A DNA stretch of 63,979 nt, the filler included, from an uncultured bacterium (lineage in GTDB: Bacteria; CAYJOG01): assembly GCA_964371695.1 (NCBI GenBank). It is 6 parts of 6 records of this genome, joined end to end, with 100 filler letters (N's around TTAATTAATTAA, not from the genome) between each part and the next. Parts side by side here need not be neighbours in the genome. Positions count along the whole stretch, not along the records: positions 11,332 to 22,511 come from CAYJOG010000050.1; 5 more parts are not named here. One strand, written 5' to 3'. A program made the position numbers and the translations under genes. Under the pieces are notes generated by a model. The model was not told the DNA's origin. It saw nothing but the letters and a program-made list of their open reading frames with translations, and searched no databases. Shown here piece by piece: positions 11,332-20,914 of the stretch (positions within the stretch are counted from its first letter, which is position 1; each line of letters opens with the position of its first letter).

Positions 11332-13166
11332 TTGACGTGCTGCACGGCATGGGGCCATCGGGCGGCGACCTCATCCTGTTCCGGGGCCTGAGCGACAATC
11401 TGCGCAACAACCACGGCGTGAGCCAGGGCATGAGCGGCAGCCCCATTTATTTCAAGGGAAAACTCGCGGGCGCGGTGTCGCTGGCGTTTGCCAGCGGCGA
11501 CCCCATGGTGGGCGGCGCCACGCCCATCGGCGAAATGCTCGACGCGCTTTCCGCCAGTCAGAACCACAAACCCCTTTCCACCAGTTATGTGATTCCCGGT
11601 TATGGCCGCGCACGGCTGGCGGCCTCGCCGGTGTTTGTGGCCGGGGGCAGCCCCCGCGCCCAGCAGCGGCTGCAGGACGACCTCAACACCTGGGGCCACC
11701 AGGTGATGGTGCTGGGCGGCGCACCCGCCGCCGCAAACGAAGAAACCCGCGTGCTCGAAGATGTCCCCCAGCCCGGCAGCATGATTGTGGTGGGGCTGTT
11801 GCAGGGAGACGTGTCGGTGTTCACGGCGGGCACCCTCACGGCGGTGCTCGAAGACCGTGTGGTGGCGTTTGGCCATAGCTTCAAGCGGGTGGGGCCGGTG
11901 AGTCTGGTGCTGGGCAAGGGGCTGGTGAGCCACGTGATGAAACACCGCGAGGTGGCTTATAAGGTGGTGAAACCGGCGGGTGTGTATGGCCGCATGGACG
12001 AAGACCGGGGCGTGGCCATGGTGGGCACCCTCATGCGGTTTGTGCCGCTGGCGGACATTCTTGTGCGGGTGGACGACCGCACCCAGGGCGTGGTGCGCGA
12101 GGGACATTTTCAGGCGGTGACCGATGAGAAATTTTCTCTGGAGGTCACCCGCACGGCGCTGTTGAGCGCGCTGGACAAAACCCTGGACCGCATTGGCAAG
12201 GGCACCAGTCAGGTGAGTTTTTCCATACGCCTCAAGGGCCGCGAAAAACCCATCGAGCGCGCCAACACGTTTTATAACCCCGTGGACGTGGCCGCCGAGA
12301 GCATCCGCGAGGCCGACGGCCTGCTGCGGTTTTTCCAGTTCAATGAGTTTCAGGAAGTGGCGCTGGAGGCCCTGAGTTTTTCGGTGACGCTCTCAGACGC
12401 CGACAACACCATGAACGTGCGCAAGGTGGTGCTGCTGAGCGCCGGTGAGCGCAGCGGCGTGCTCACGGGCGTGACCGATGGCGGCAAGACACTCATCCTC
12501 AAAAAATCCGTGGGCGGCCCTGCGCCCAAACAGTCCGGCGAAGGCAAGGCCAAACCCCAGGCCAAAGAGGAACCCGCCGAAGACGAAGACTCCGACGACA
12601 AGAAAAAGGAAGACGACAAGGACACCCGCGCAGGCGGCGGCGATGAAAAATCCCGCGACGGCAAACCGGGTCAGGATCCGCACCTCACGGTGCGCCCCGG
12701 CCAGTCGGTGACGGTGGACGTGACGCTGCTGCCCTTCCGGCAAAAACCCGTGCAGAAAAGTTTTCGCGTGAAACTCGACAGGCAGACCTATCCGCCCGGC
12801 GATTACAACTTCACCGTGGGGGGATATGAGCCGCCGGGCGAGGGTGACGAACAGGGCAAGGAACCGCCCCTGAATTTTGAAGAAGCCATCCGCGAGCTGG
12901 ACGACATCAGCCCCGGCGATCAGCTGATTCTGGAATGCCGCAGCATCCTCGTGCGCGACCCGCCCAAGAAAAACGGCAAAGACCCCGACAAAAAAGCCCT
13001 GCGGCAGGTGATGAAAGTGAACGGTTTCGCCGTGACGGGCAAAAAGAACTTCCGCATCACCGTGAAAAGCCACGCCGTGACCAAAGACAAACCCGGCGGC
13101 GACTCTTCGCGTCTGCAAAAATCCGCCCCCCGCAAAAGTCGCCTGGACCCACCGGGCAAGAGATAG
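11332..13166 (+). CDS. SpoIVB/peptidase S55 domain protein, 5'-truncated
   Basis: GVSQGMSGSPIYFKGKLAGAVS, AGTLTAV..VVAFGHSF; charged low-complexity insert. Confidence 0.85.
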
Positions 13167-13227
13167 GCGCGACCGGCAGAAAGCCGGAGGATGGGAGCTG
13201 GAAAAAAAGCACCCTTCGTCTCCTGGC

Positions 13228-13428
13228 GTCATTCCCGCGAAAGCGGGAATCCAGTTGAACACAGGAAAAAATCCAGTTCTGGTGGGGCAGGCATCTTGCC
13301 TGCCATAAAAGAATTAGAGGAGTAGGTGCGGTGTCCCCACCGCACCATGACAGCAGCGATGGGGACATCGCTGCTACTCATCTTGAGTGGAATGAACCAT
13401 TGGTTCATTTTGACAAAGTTTGTGCATG
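13228..13428. repeat. Mosaic REP cluster (dRS3-like palindrome, three GTAG/GGTGG REPs, TRGTTCATT ends)
   Basis: GTCATTCCCGCGAAAGCGGGAATCC; GGTGGGGCAGGCATCTTGCCTGCC; GTAGGTGCGGTGTCCCCACCGCACC; GTAGCAGCGATGTCCCCATCGCTGCT (minus); matches 45070-45245 and 56059-56112; lies between convergent genes. Confidence 0.9.
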
Positions 13429-13453
13429 AGCTTCCGACTTCCGTCTTCCTGAT

Positions 13454-13939
13454 TTACCCATTCAATGTGCGCTGAAAACGCTGCATCAGGCGGTTTTTCA
13501 TTTCGCTGGACTTAAGCCGGGGCACGGCCCGAAGCACGGCGGGTGTTTGCAGATACACAACCCCTCCCACGCACACAGCCAGCAGCAAAACGCCCTGGGA
13601 AACTTCCAGCGAATAAGACCCACCCACAAAAGTGGCCTTGAGCGCCCGCACCGCCGCCAGCGAAAAAAAGATGTAGGCGCTGCTGCGCAGCCGTGCCGTG
13701 CGCCGCGCCACCGCCCAGGCCGCCATGGGGGCGAACACCAAATGTGTGAGGGCCGAGGTCCACCCCCGGCCAAACACCCAGAACGGCTGGCCATTCACCA
13801 GGGCGAAGGTTTCCAGCACCAGGGCGGAAAGCTCCACCATCGCCAGCACCCACACCCCTGCGGGCAGCGGCGCCAGATGACCGGCGGGCACAGGGTCTGG
13901 CAATCCTGCGGCGGTGAATCTCATTTCGTAATCAGACAT
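13454..13939 (-). CDS. Hypothetical membrane protein (about 4 TM)
   Basis: ATG start, four hydrophobic segments, divergent from the EamA gene. Confidence 0.6.
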   Translation of the reverse strand: MSDYEMRFTAAGLPDPVPAGHLAPLPAGVWVLAMVELSALVLETFALVNGQPFWVFGRGWTSALTHLVFAPMAAWAVARRTARLRSSAYIFFSLAAVRALKATFVGGSYSLEVSQGVLLLAVCVGGVVYLQTPAVLRAVPRLKSSEMKNRLMQRFQRTLNG

Positions 13940-14004
13940 GAATCTGCATCCTTTTTTGACGCGGTGTGTATCCTACCCCCTTCGCGCCACGGGGCGTGCA
14001 TGCC

Positions 14005-14943
14005 ATGCCACTCACACCCAATCCATCGCGGCGCGAGGTGCGCCAGGCCGACCTGGCCCTGCTGCTGGCGGTGGCGGTGTGGGGCAGCTCCTTCGCCATG
14101 GTCAAGGACATGCTGGCGATTCTTTCTCCGGCGGGCATTGTGGGCCTGCGGTTTGCATTGGCGAGCCTGCTGATGATGGCCATCGCCCTGGCCGCCGGGG
14201 GACGAAAAACCCTGTTTCGCTGCCTGTGGCCCGGCCTGCTGCTGGGGGCCTGCCTGGGCGTGGTGTTTGTGAGCCAGACGGTGGGCATGATGTATACCCG
14301 CGCCAGCAACAGCGCCTTCATCACCGGCATGTTTGTGGTGTTCACGCCCCTGTGGGCCTGGCTGGTGGCCAGGGTGCCGCCCCGCTGGAGCGACGCCGTG
14401 CTGGGCCTGCTCGCGGTCACCGGCATGGCGCTGCTGAGCCTTCAGTTCAGCGGGCCAGAGAAGTTTCAGGTCAACCGGGGCGACGCCATCACGCTGTTCA
14501 CCGCCTTGGCCCAGGCGCTGCACATTGCGTTCACCCACAAGTATGTGCGCCGCAGCCTGGACCCCTTCGCCCTGCTGTTTTTCCAGTTTCTGGTGGTGGC
14601 GGGGGTGAGCTTTGCCAGCGCGCCGTTTTATGCCCACGGCCTGGGGCAACTGCACCTGATGGGGCCGGTGCATTGGCTGGCCATTGTGTATCTGGCGATT
14701 TTTCCGGCGAGCCTCACCTATCTCATTCAGGCCCTCACGCAGAAGTTCACCGAGCCGATGCACCTGAGCCTCATCTTTGCCCTGGAGCCGGTGTTCGCCA
14801 GCCTGTTTGCGGTTTATTTTTTGCTGGAGCGCTTTACGCCCCAACAGATCACCGGCGCGGTCATCCTGCTTTTGACCTGCGTGATGAGCGAGTGGATAGC
14901 CGGCAAGACGCGGCCGGGCCATAAAAAAACGGGCGCGGACTAA
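14005..14943 (+). CDS. EamA/DMT family transporter
   Basis: VWGSSFAMVK, LRFALA, ASNSAFITG, NRGDAITL, LIFALEPVFA; about 10 TM. Confidence 0.92.
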   Translation: MPLTPNPSRREVRQADLALLLAVAVWGSSFAMVKDMLAILSPAGIVGLRFALASLLMMAIALAAGGRKTLFRCLWPGLLLGACLGVVFVSQTVGMMYTRASNSAFITGMFVVFTPLWAWLVARVPPRWSDAVLGLLAVTGMALLSLQFSGPEKFQVNRGDAITLFTALAQALHIAFTHKYVRRSLDPFALLFFQFLVVAGVSFASAPFYAHGLGQLHLMGPVHWLAIVYLAIFPASLTYLIQALTQKFTEPMHLSLIFALEPVFASLFAVYFLLERFTPQQITGAVILLLTCVMSEWIAGKTRPGHKKTGAD

Positions 14944-15013
14944 AACCACCCAGGCCGGTATTTTGGCCAGCCGCCCTGCTCACGAAAGTGGCCGGGATTA
15001 GAGCGCAAAACGC

Positions 15014-15042
15014 TTGAATTGTCAAGCCTCTTGAGGTAAAAT
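15014..15042 (+). promoter_or_regulatory. Candidate sigma70 promoter of the TA operon
   Basis: TTGAAT-17 bp-TAAAAT upstream of the antitoxin. Confidence 0.45.
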
Positions 15043-15200
15043 GGTTGCGTGGGGGGAGGTGTCCACATTCTCGAGAAACCACCGTCACCAGCATTCTGCG
15101 AATGCGGCGTCATGATACCCTGCGCATGCTTTTAAACACCTCACCCTTTCCTAAAGAAGCGAACGGGAAAGACGATAAGTCCCTCAAGGAGGGTAGAGTA

Positions 15201-15680
15201 ATGGCAACCACGGCGCTTAAAGCTGCTGAGTACTTTCTGAGCAAACAAAGTCCTGAAAAAGAGTTTTGGTTTACCAACCTTGCTCTTCAAAAGCTCCTTT
15301 ATTTTGCTCAGGGCTTCCACTTGGCCCTAGAGGGCAAGCCACTCTTTAAAGACGAAATCCATGCTTGGAAATATGGCCCAGTGGTTCCTGAGGTTTATAG
15401 GAAATACAGCAAATACAAGGCTTCACCAATACTCGAACAATTGAAGGTGGATTCTAACGGGGTTGTCACGGGCAAGGTGCCGCCATCACCCAAGAGAATA
15501 AACCCGAGGGCAGTAGATATTATTGATCAGGTTGCCTTGCAGTATGGCCAGTTCAGTCCGTGGAGATTGGTTGAACTTAGCCACAATGAACCACCATGGA
15601 CAAAAGCATGGAACAGTGATGCTGGCGTGATCCCGCAGGGAGAAATCAAAGCACACTTTTTAACAAAAATTAGGGGTTAA
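15201..15680 (+). CDS. Panacea-domain antitoxin (DUF4065/SocA/GepA family)
   Basis: AAEYFL, TNLALQKLLYFAQG, IHAWKYGPVVPEVY, LVELSHNEPPW; AAGGAGG RBS. Confidence 0.9.
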   Translation: MATTALKAAEYFLSKQSPEKEFWFTNLALQKLLYFAQGFHLALEGKPLFKDEIHAWKYGPVVPEVYRKYSKYKASPILEQLKVDSNGVVTGKVPPSPKRINPRAVDIIDQVALQYGQFSPWRLVELSHNEPPWTKAWNSDAGVIPQGEIKAHFLTKIRG

Positions 15681-15681
15681 C

Positions 15682-16116
15682 GTGGGCGAGATTAAATCTC
15701 CAAGTCTCCAACCCGCCGCCGGGAAAGTCTCTTCAGAAAAAGACATCGCCCGTGCCGACGAAGGAGATGACGCCTATTTCCTTTTCTCTTTGGCCAGGGC
15801 GCATAGGTCTAAGTACGCACCTAGAAAATGTTCGCCGGATGAACTCAAGGAAATGTTTGTCTCTCTTGCTAAACGCATCCCACTTAAGTGGAAAGATCTA
15901 AAAAGTCGTGACAAAACACAACTTGGCACTGACATCATAAAAAATCCTGGACCAAATCTTACTACTCTCATGGGGAATGGCTGGGATAAAAGCATTCAAA
16001 TTATCTCTTTTTATGGGAAGAACAAATCAGTCAATCGCATCATCGGCTACAGAGATGAGACGGGCGTTTTTCAAGCTATTCTCTTCGATCCACAGGGGGA
16101 GGCATATGGGCATTAG
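15682..16116 (+). CDS. Putative toxin partner (RelE-like RNase, MAG6450-like)
   Basis: Starts 1 nt after the antitoxin stop; basic 144 aa; C-terminal RIIGYR...VFQAILFDP..Y pattern. Confidence 0.55.
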   Translation: MGEIKSPSLQPAAGKVSSEKDIARADEGDDAYFLFSLARAHRSKYAPRKCSPDELKEMFVSLAKRIPLKWKDLKSRDKTQLGTDIIKNPGPNLTTLMGNGWDKSIQIISFYGKNKSVNRIIGYRDETGVFQAILFDPQGEAYGH

Positions 16117-16176
16117 AGCGACCCCTCTTACCAGGCGATCAGAGCCAATGCTTCTGCACCGCATATTCAAGTGCGC

Positions 16177-16210
16177 AAAAAAACGGGCGCGACTTTTGCC
16201 GCGCCCGTTG
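16177..16210 (-). terminator. Intrinsic terminator of the OMP gene
   Basis: AACGGGCGCG...CGCGCCCGTT hairpin followed by a T run on the minus strand. Confidence 0.7.
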
Positions 16211-16232
16211 CGTGTTCAGAAAGCGAACCGGA

Positions 16233-16973
16233 TTAAAACCGGTACGTCGCCCCGATGGAAATCACGGGGTAAATGTCGAAATCGTCAATGGCGTTTTCCA
16301 GCTCGGCCTGCTCGGTGGCCAGCGCACCGGCGGTGACGCCCGCAAAGGTGGTGCTCAGCTTGGCGTCGGGGCTGCCCTGAAACAGCACGCCCAGGTCCAG
16401 CGAAAAAGACCAGTCTCGGTCGCCGTCTTCACCAAAAGGATTGCCATAACCCACGCCCAGATAGGGGGCAAAGCTTTTGAAATCCACCTTGGAGCGCAGG
16501 TTGCCAGCAGTGCCCGCAGCCACGGCGGTGCCGCCGATGGTGACGCCTGTTGCGGCGGTGGTGGTGGCCGTGAGGGTGATGTCGTTGTTGTTGATCATGA
16601 AACCGCCGGTGGCGCGCCAGCCGGATTTTTTGCCGTGGTAGTCGGCCAGAAAGGCGTAGGTGTTCAGGTCCAGGTCGCCTTCATAACGAATGCCGCTTTC
16701 GGTGCGATCGTCGCTTTTGGTCCAGTAGTTGATGCCAAGGCGGCCATTCCAGTTCTCGTCAATGGGCTTGCTCCACTCCACGCCAAAACCCAGTGTGCCG
16801 ATTTTCGCCCCCAGGGCGTTGTCGCTGGAATCCACGCCTTTTTTGGCAGGCGCTTTTTTTGCGGGTGCAGCCTTTTTGGCTGGGGCTTTTTTGGCCTCTT
16901 TTTTGGCGGCGTAGGAAACGCCGGTGGTGGTGAGCGCCGCAATGGCCAGCGCGGCAGCGGTGAGTTTTTTCAT
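16233..16973 (-). CDS. Outer-membrane beta-barrel protein
   Basis: Signal peptide, AKKAP repeats, GTLGFGVE, APYLGVGYG, terminal GATYRF. Confidence 0.85.
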   Translation of the reverse strand: MKKLTAAALAIAALTTTGVSYAAKKEAKKAPAKKAAPAKKAPAKKGVDSSDNALGAKIGTLGFGVEWSKPIDENWNGRLGINYWTKSDDRTESGIRYEGDLDLNTYAFLADYHGKKSGWRATGGFMINNNDITLTATTTAATGVTIGGTAVAAGTAGNLRSKVDFKSFAPYLGVGYGNPFGEDGDRDWSFSLDLGVLFQGSPDAKLSTTFAGVTAGALATEQAELENAIDDFDIYPVISIGATYRF

Positions 16974-17122
16974 GAGAATCCCCCTTGGATGAGTTTGTTC
17001 TGAATGGAAGTCTGGGGAGTGTAGCGGCAAAAAGAACCTGTCCACAAACGAAAGGAGGTTCGTCTGTGGACAGGCGCGCAGGCCACGGAGGGCAAAGCCC
17101 TTTTTTTGCCGGACGTCCCACT

Positions 17123-17339
17123 CATACCAATGAACATTCAAAACATCAGAATGTTCATTGGTTTAATTGGCCTTGCCGTTTGTCGTGAACGGCTGCAGCG
17201 CTTGTTGCGCCTCGTTGTTCGAGCGAATTCATCCATGAATTCATACCAATTCACACCCGCACCACTTCACTTCGTCGCACCCGTTTCCCAACCGGTTCAT
17301 CGCTCAGGGTTAATGCTGTTTCGGTTGAGAATTGGCATC
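17123..17339 (-). repeat. Five-hairpin repeat element, internally deleted (no hairpin 4)
   Basis: Shares GAATTCATGGATGAATTC and GCCGTTC-ACGAC-AAACGGCAAGGCCAAT with the 38341 copy; the arm region matches 48878-48970. Confidence 0.85.
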
Positions 17340-17418
17340 ATTTGAAAAATCAATAAATAATCAAGCAGCCTTTTTTGTGGTCTCACGGGGCGCTTTTTGT
17401 TAGTGTGTCCCTTCGGCC

Positions 17419-18324
17419 ATGTCGCTGCCTGATTTCTCCTCGATTCGTTTCACAGAGCACCCCCAAAATCCTTTGCTGGAACCCCCCTGGCCAGAGTGGA
17501 TATTGGCGGACCCCACGGTGGCGCATCCGGGCCAAAGCCCCGACGGTCTGTGGCACCTCATTGCCCACACACTGGTGTCGTTGCAGCACTACACCTCGGT
17601 GGATGGCCTGGAATGGAAACGCGAAAGCTCTCTGTTCAACGGCCTGAGACCCCATCTGTTTCACGAAGACGGCCTGTGGTTTCTCACCTATGAAAAACTG
17701 GAGCCGCCCCTGGGAGGTTCCATTGAGATGCGCACCAGCACCGACCTGTTTGAGTGGTCCGCGCCCCGCACCATTCTGCGCCCCACGCTGGACTGGCACG
17801 GCTCGGTGCTCAAGCGGGTGGGCAACCCCTGCCTGCTCAAGGTGAAAGACGAATACCGTTTGTATTACAGCGCGGGCCACGTGCTGTTGCGCGACTGCGC
17901 GTTTACCGAGCCGGTGTATGTGGGCCTGGCCCGCGCCGCCGACCCCAACGGCCCCTTTGAGCCAGACGAAGAACCCCAGCTTGGCCCCGGCCCCGACGAC
18001 CCCCACCGCAACCTGGGGGCCGGGGCCATCAAAGTGCTGCATGACAAACGGCGGCGGTTGTTCTGGGGCTTCAACAACGGCATCTGGACCGACGAAGAAG
18101 GCAAAAGCCGTAGCGCCATCCTGCTATTGAAATCCAAAGACGGCGTGGCCTGGGAAGACGCCGTGGAACAACCCCTGCTTGGCCCCGGCGGCAAGGGCTG
18201 GAAAAAGGCCCTGGTCTATGCCCTGGACATCACGGTTTATGACGGCAAGGCGTGGCTCTATTTCAACGCCCGCGACGGCTGGCTGTTTGGCCGCGAACGC
18301 CTGGGTCTGGCGTGGGGAGAGTAG
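17419..18324 (+). CDS. Five-bladed beta-propeller glycoside hydrolase-like protein (GH43/32/130-like)
   Basis: EHPQNPLL, ADPTV, SxDGxxW boxes, GNPCLL..YRLYYSA, WLYFNA. Confidence 0.75.
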   Translation: MSLPDFSSIRFTEHPQNPLLEPPWPEWILADPTVAHPGQSPDGLWHLIAHTLVSLQHYTSVDGLEWKRESSLFNGLRPHLFHEDGLWFLTYEKLEPPLGGSIEMRTSTDLFEWSAPRTILRPTLDWHGSVLKRVGNPCLLKVKDEYRLYYSAGHVLLRDCAFTEPVYVGLARAADPNGPFEPDEEPQLGPGPDDPHRNLGAGAIKVLHDKRRRLFWGFNNGIWTDEEGKSRSAILLLKSKDGVAWEDAVEQPLLGPGGKGWKKALVYALDITVYDGKAWLYFNARDGWLFGRERLGLAWGE

Positions 18325-18375
18325 GACCCGGCGCGTAATGGACGCAGACGGTCTTTTGGGCAAGCTGCGCGGCAT

Positions 18376-18556
18376 TGCCCTCTCCCTCAGGGAGAGGGCG
18401 CCAAGGGTTGAGCAAGGCGAAACCCGAGGCGGGTGAGGGGGTAAGCCCGGAACATAAAAATCGGAGCTTTGGCCCCTGGTTCCGCTCCCCCTCACCAGAC
18501 CACAGCCTCACTTCGTTCGGCTGTGGTCTGCCCTCTCCCTCAAGGGAGAGGGCAAG
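18376..18556. repeat. CCCTCACC/CCCTCTCCC-GGGAGAGGG paired palindromic element
   Basis: Inverted pair of TGCCCTCTCCC.{4,5}GGGAGAGGG; reverse-complement homolog at 57877-58058; single units at 22450, 37376 and 49097. Confidence 0.85.
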
Positions 18557-18640
18557 TGACGGAAAGATGACAATGAGCAACACCCCGCCACAACCAAAGA
18601 TTACCCCGCCGTGAGCACTTCGCGCTCGCCCGCTGCCCAT

Positions 18641-18822
18641 AATCTGTTTTAAAAGTCCGTCATGGACTTTTAAAACCCAACGCCTTCAGGGGCAAAGCCC
18701 TCTCGGCGTGGCGAAAACCTGCGCTTTTGAAAGCTACGGTTTTCGAATGCGGTCATCCCTGACCGCAAGAGCCTGTTTATTGTGCGCCCTGTTCTACATA
18801 ACGCACTTTTACAACAGGCTCT
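18641..18822 (-). repeat. Five-hairpin repeat element overlapping the dxs 3' end
   Basis: Colinear with 57469-57651: GAGCCTGTT..AACAGGCTC, GCGGTCAGGGATGACCGC, CGAAAACC..GGTTTTCG, GGGCTTTGCCC, AAAAGTCC-ATGAC-GGACTTTT. Confidence 0.9.
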
Positions 18823-20696
18823 GAGAGCGCCGCCTTCACGATGCCCTCGGCGCACAGGCCCAGGCGGGCCAGCATTTTTTCGCGGGAGCCTTGTTCCACC
18901 AGTTGGTCGTTTATGCCCAGGCGAATCACCCTGGGGGGCACGGCCCCGGCGTCTGCCAGCGCCTCCAGCACCGCCGAGCCAAAGCCCCCGGCCAGAATGC
19001 CTTCTTCCACCGTCATCAGCACCCGTGCGCCGTCGGTGGTTTTCAGCAGCAGGGCGGTGTCCAGCGGTTTGGCGAAACGGGCGTTCACCAGCGTCACGCC
19101 CAGGCCCGCCTCGCGCAGTGCGGGCAGCGCCCCCAGGCTCTCTTCCACCATCGTGCCATAGGCCCAGATCACCACGTCGCGGCCTTCGTCGCACAGCACC
19201 TCGGCCCGGCCCAGTTCCACCGGCGCGCAGGGGGCGGGTTCGGGCACGTTGCCACGGGGATAGCGCACGGCGCTGGGGCCGGGCAAGGTGAGGGCGAGGC
19301 GCAGCATCTGGTCCAGCTCGGTTTCGCTGTGCGGCGCCATGAGCGTGATGCCCGGCATGGGCCGCAAAAAGGCGATGTCATAGGCCCCCTGATGGGTCTC
19401 GCCGTCGTTGCCCACAATGCCCGCCCTGTCCAGGGCGAAGATCACCGGCAGGTTCTGGTTGATCACGTCGTGCAGCACCTGGTCATAACCCCGCTGCAAA
19501 AAGGTGCTGTAAATCGCCGCCACGGGGCGCAGGCCCCCCGCCGCCAGACCAGCACAAAAGGTGACGCCGTGCTGCTCGGCCATGCCCACGTCAAAAAACC
19601 GCTTGGGATACGCCGCCATGAGTTTGTCCATGCCGGTGCCGTCGGGCATGGCGGCGGTGATGCCCACCACGCGGGGGTCTTCGGCGGCGATGGCGAGCAT
19701 TTTTTCGGCAAAGGCGGCTGTCCAGCTTTTGGATCCGCCGCTTTTTTTGTGAGATTTGCCCGTGGCCGGATCAAAAGCCGACACGCCGTGAAACCGCTGG
19801 CCGTCTTCTTCGGCGGGGGCGTAGCCTTTTCCTTTTTCGGTGACGCAGTGCAGCACCACGGGGGTGTTCAGGTTCAGGCACTGTTTGAGCGACCGCAGCA
19901 CTTCTTCCAGGTCGTGGCCGTTGATGGGGCCGACATAAGTCAGCCCCAGGTCTTCAAAAAACTGGCCGGGCAGCAGCAGGGCCTTGATGGCTTCCTTGAC
20001 CCTGTGGGCCGCGCCCACCGCCGAGCCGCCCACCACCGGCAGGCTGGCGATCATGTCGTGCAGTTGATCGCGCAGGTGCAGATAGTTGGGGCTGGTGCGC
20101 ATGGACTTGAGCGTCTTGTTGAGCGCCCCCACGCTGGGGGCGATGGACCAGGCGTTGTCGTTCAGCACCACCAGCAGGCGGGGTTTGTAGTGGCCAATCT
20201 GGTTGAGCGCCTCAATGGCCATGCCGCCTTGCAAACTGCCGTCGCCCACAAAGGCCACCACGTGCTCGCGGCCGCCCCGCAGGTCACGCTCCATGGCATA
20301 ACCCATGGCGGCAGACAGCGCCGTGCAGGCGTGGCCCACGTTGAAAAAGTCGTGTTCGCTCTCGGTGATTTTGGGGAACCCGCTGAGGCCGTCGTCTTGC
20401 CGCAGGGAGTGAAACTGCCGGGCGCGGCCCGTGAGCAGTTTGTGGGGATAACACTGGTGGCCGGTGTCCCAGATGATCTTGTCGGTGGGGCTGTTGAGCA
20501 GGTGATGCAGCGCCACGGTCAGCTCCACCACCCCCAGGCCAGCGCCCAGGTGGCCGCCTGTCACGGCACAGGCCCCCACCATGAACTCCCGCAGGGTGGT
20601 GGCAAGCTCCTGCAACTCGTGGGGGGTCATGCCGCGCAGGGCCTGGGGCAAGTCGGGCCGGGCGAGCACCGGCGGCACTGGGGGAAAAGCAGTCAT
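18777..20696 (-). CDS. dxs: 1-deoxy-D-xylulose-5-phosphate synthase
   Basis: GGHLGAGLG, WDTGHQCYPHK, GDGS..EALN..LNDN, DVGMAEQH, YSTFLQR, DGETHQG. Confidence 0.97.
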   Translation of the reverse strand: MTAFPPVPPVLARPDLPQALRGMTPHELQELATTLREFMVGACAVTGGHLGAGLGVVELTVALHHLLNSPTDKIIWDTGHQCYPHKLLTGRARQFHSLRQDDGLSGFPKITESEHDFFNVGHACTALSAAMGYAMERDLRGGREHVVAFVGDGSLQGGMAIEALNQIGHYKPRLLVVLNDNAWSIAPSVGALNKTLKSMRTSPNYLHLRDQLHDMIASLPVVGGSAVGAAHRVKEAIKALLLPGQFFEDLGLTYVGPINGHDLEEVLRSLKQCLNLNTPVVLHCVTEKGKGYAPAEEDGQRFHGVSAFDPATGKSHKKSGGSKSWTAAFAEKMLAIAAEDPRVVGITAAMPDGTGMDKLMAAYPKRFFDVGMAEQHGVTFCAGLAAGGLRPVAAIYSTFLQRGYDQVLHDVINQNLPVIFALDRAGIVGNDGETHQGAYDIAFLRPMPGITLMAPHSETELDQMLRLALTLPGPSAVRYPRGNVPEPAPCAPVELGRAEVLCDEGRDVVIWAYGTMVEESLGALPALREAGLGVTLVNARFAKPLDTALLLKTTDGARVLMTVEEGILAGGFGSAVLEALADAGAVPPRVIRLGINDQLVEQGSREKMLARLGLCAEGIVKAALSEPVVKVRYVEQGAQ

Positions 20697-20914
20697 AGAC
20701 TCACCAGCGTAGAAAGATTTGTGTGGTCTGCCAAATAAAAAAGCCATCGCTTGCCCGGCGGGCGCAAATGATTAGAATGCGTCCTCCGACGCGCCGGTTA
20801 ATGCAACAGGCGTGAAGGATTGTTCACTTGCCTTGTCAGCAAAAAGTGGCGCTCTTGCCGCTCTTTGCACCGCCCCGGCGGCTGGCAGGGCCACCAACCG
20901 GCAGGAGGCACCCC

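Larger units (their letters stand above)
14923..16191. mobile_element. Low-GC toxin-antitoxin islet bounded by a 15-bp direct repeat
   Basis: AAAAAAACGGGCGCG at 14923-14937 and 16177-16191 flanks visibly AT-richer DNA carrying two genes. Confidence 0.6.

Noticed and set aside
13228-13428. Clustered short palindromes as a CRISPR array
   Set aside because: Units are not identical direct repeats with regular unique spacers, and there are no cas genes; they are REP-like.
17025-17100. c-di-GMP-I riboswitch (GGCAAA...GCGCAGGCCACGG)
   Set aside because: Spacing and stems do not fit the consensus, and the motif is antisense to the adjacent OMP gene.
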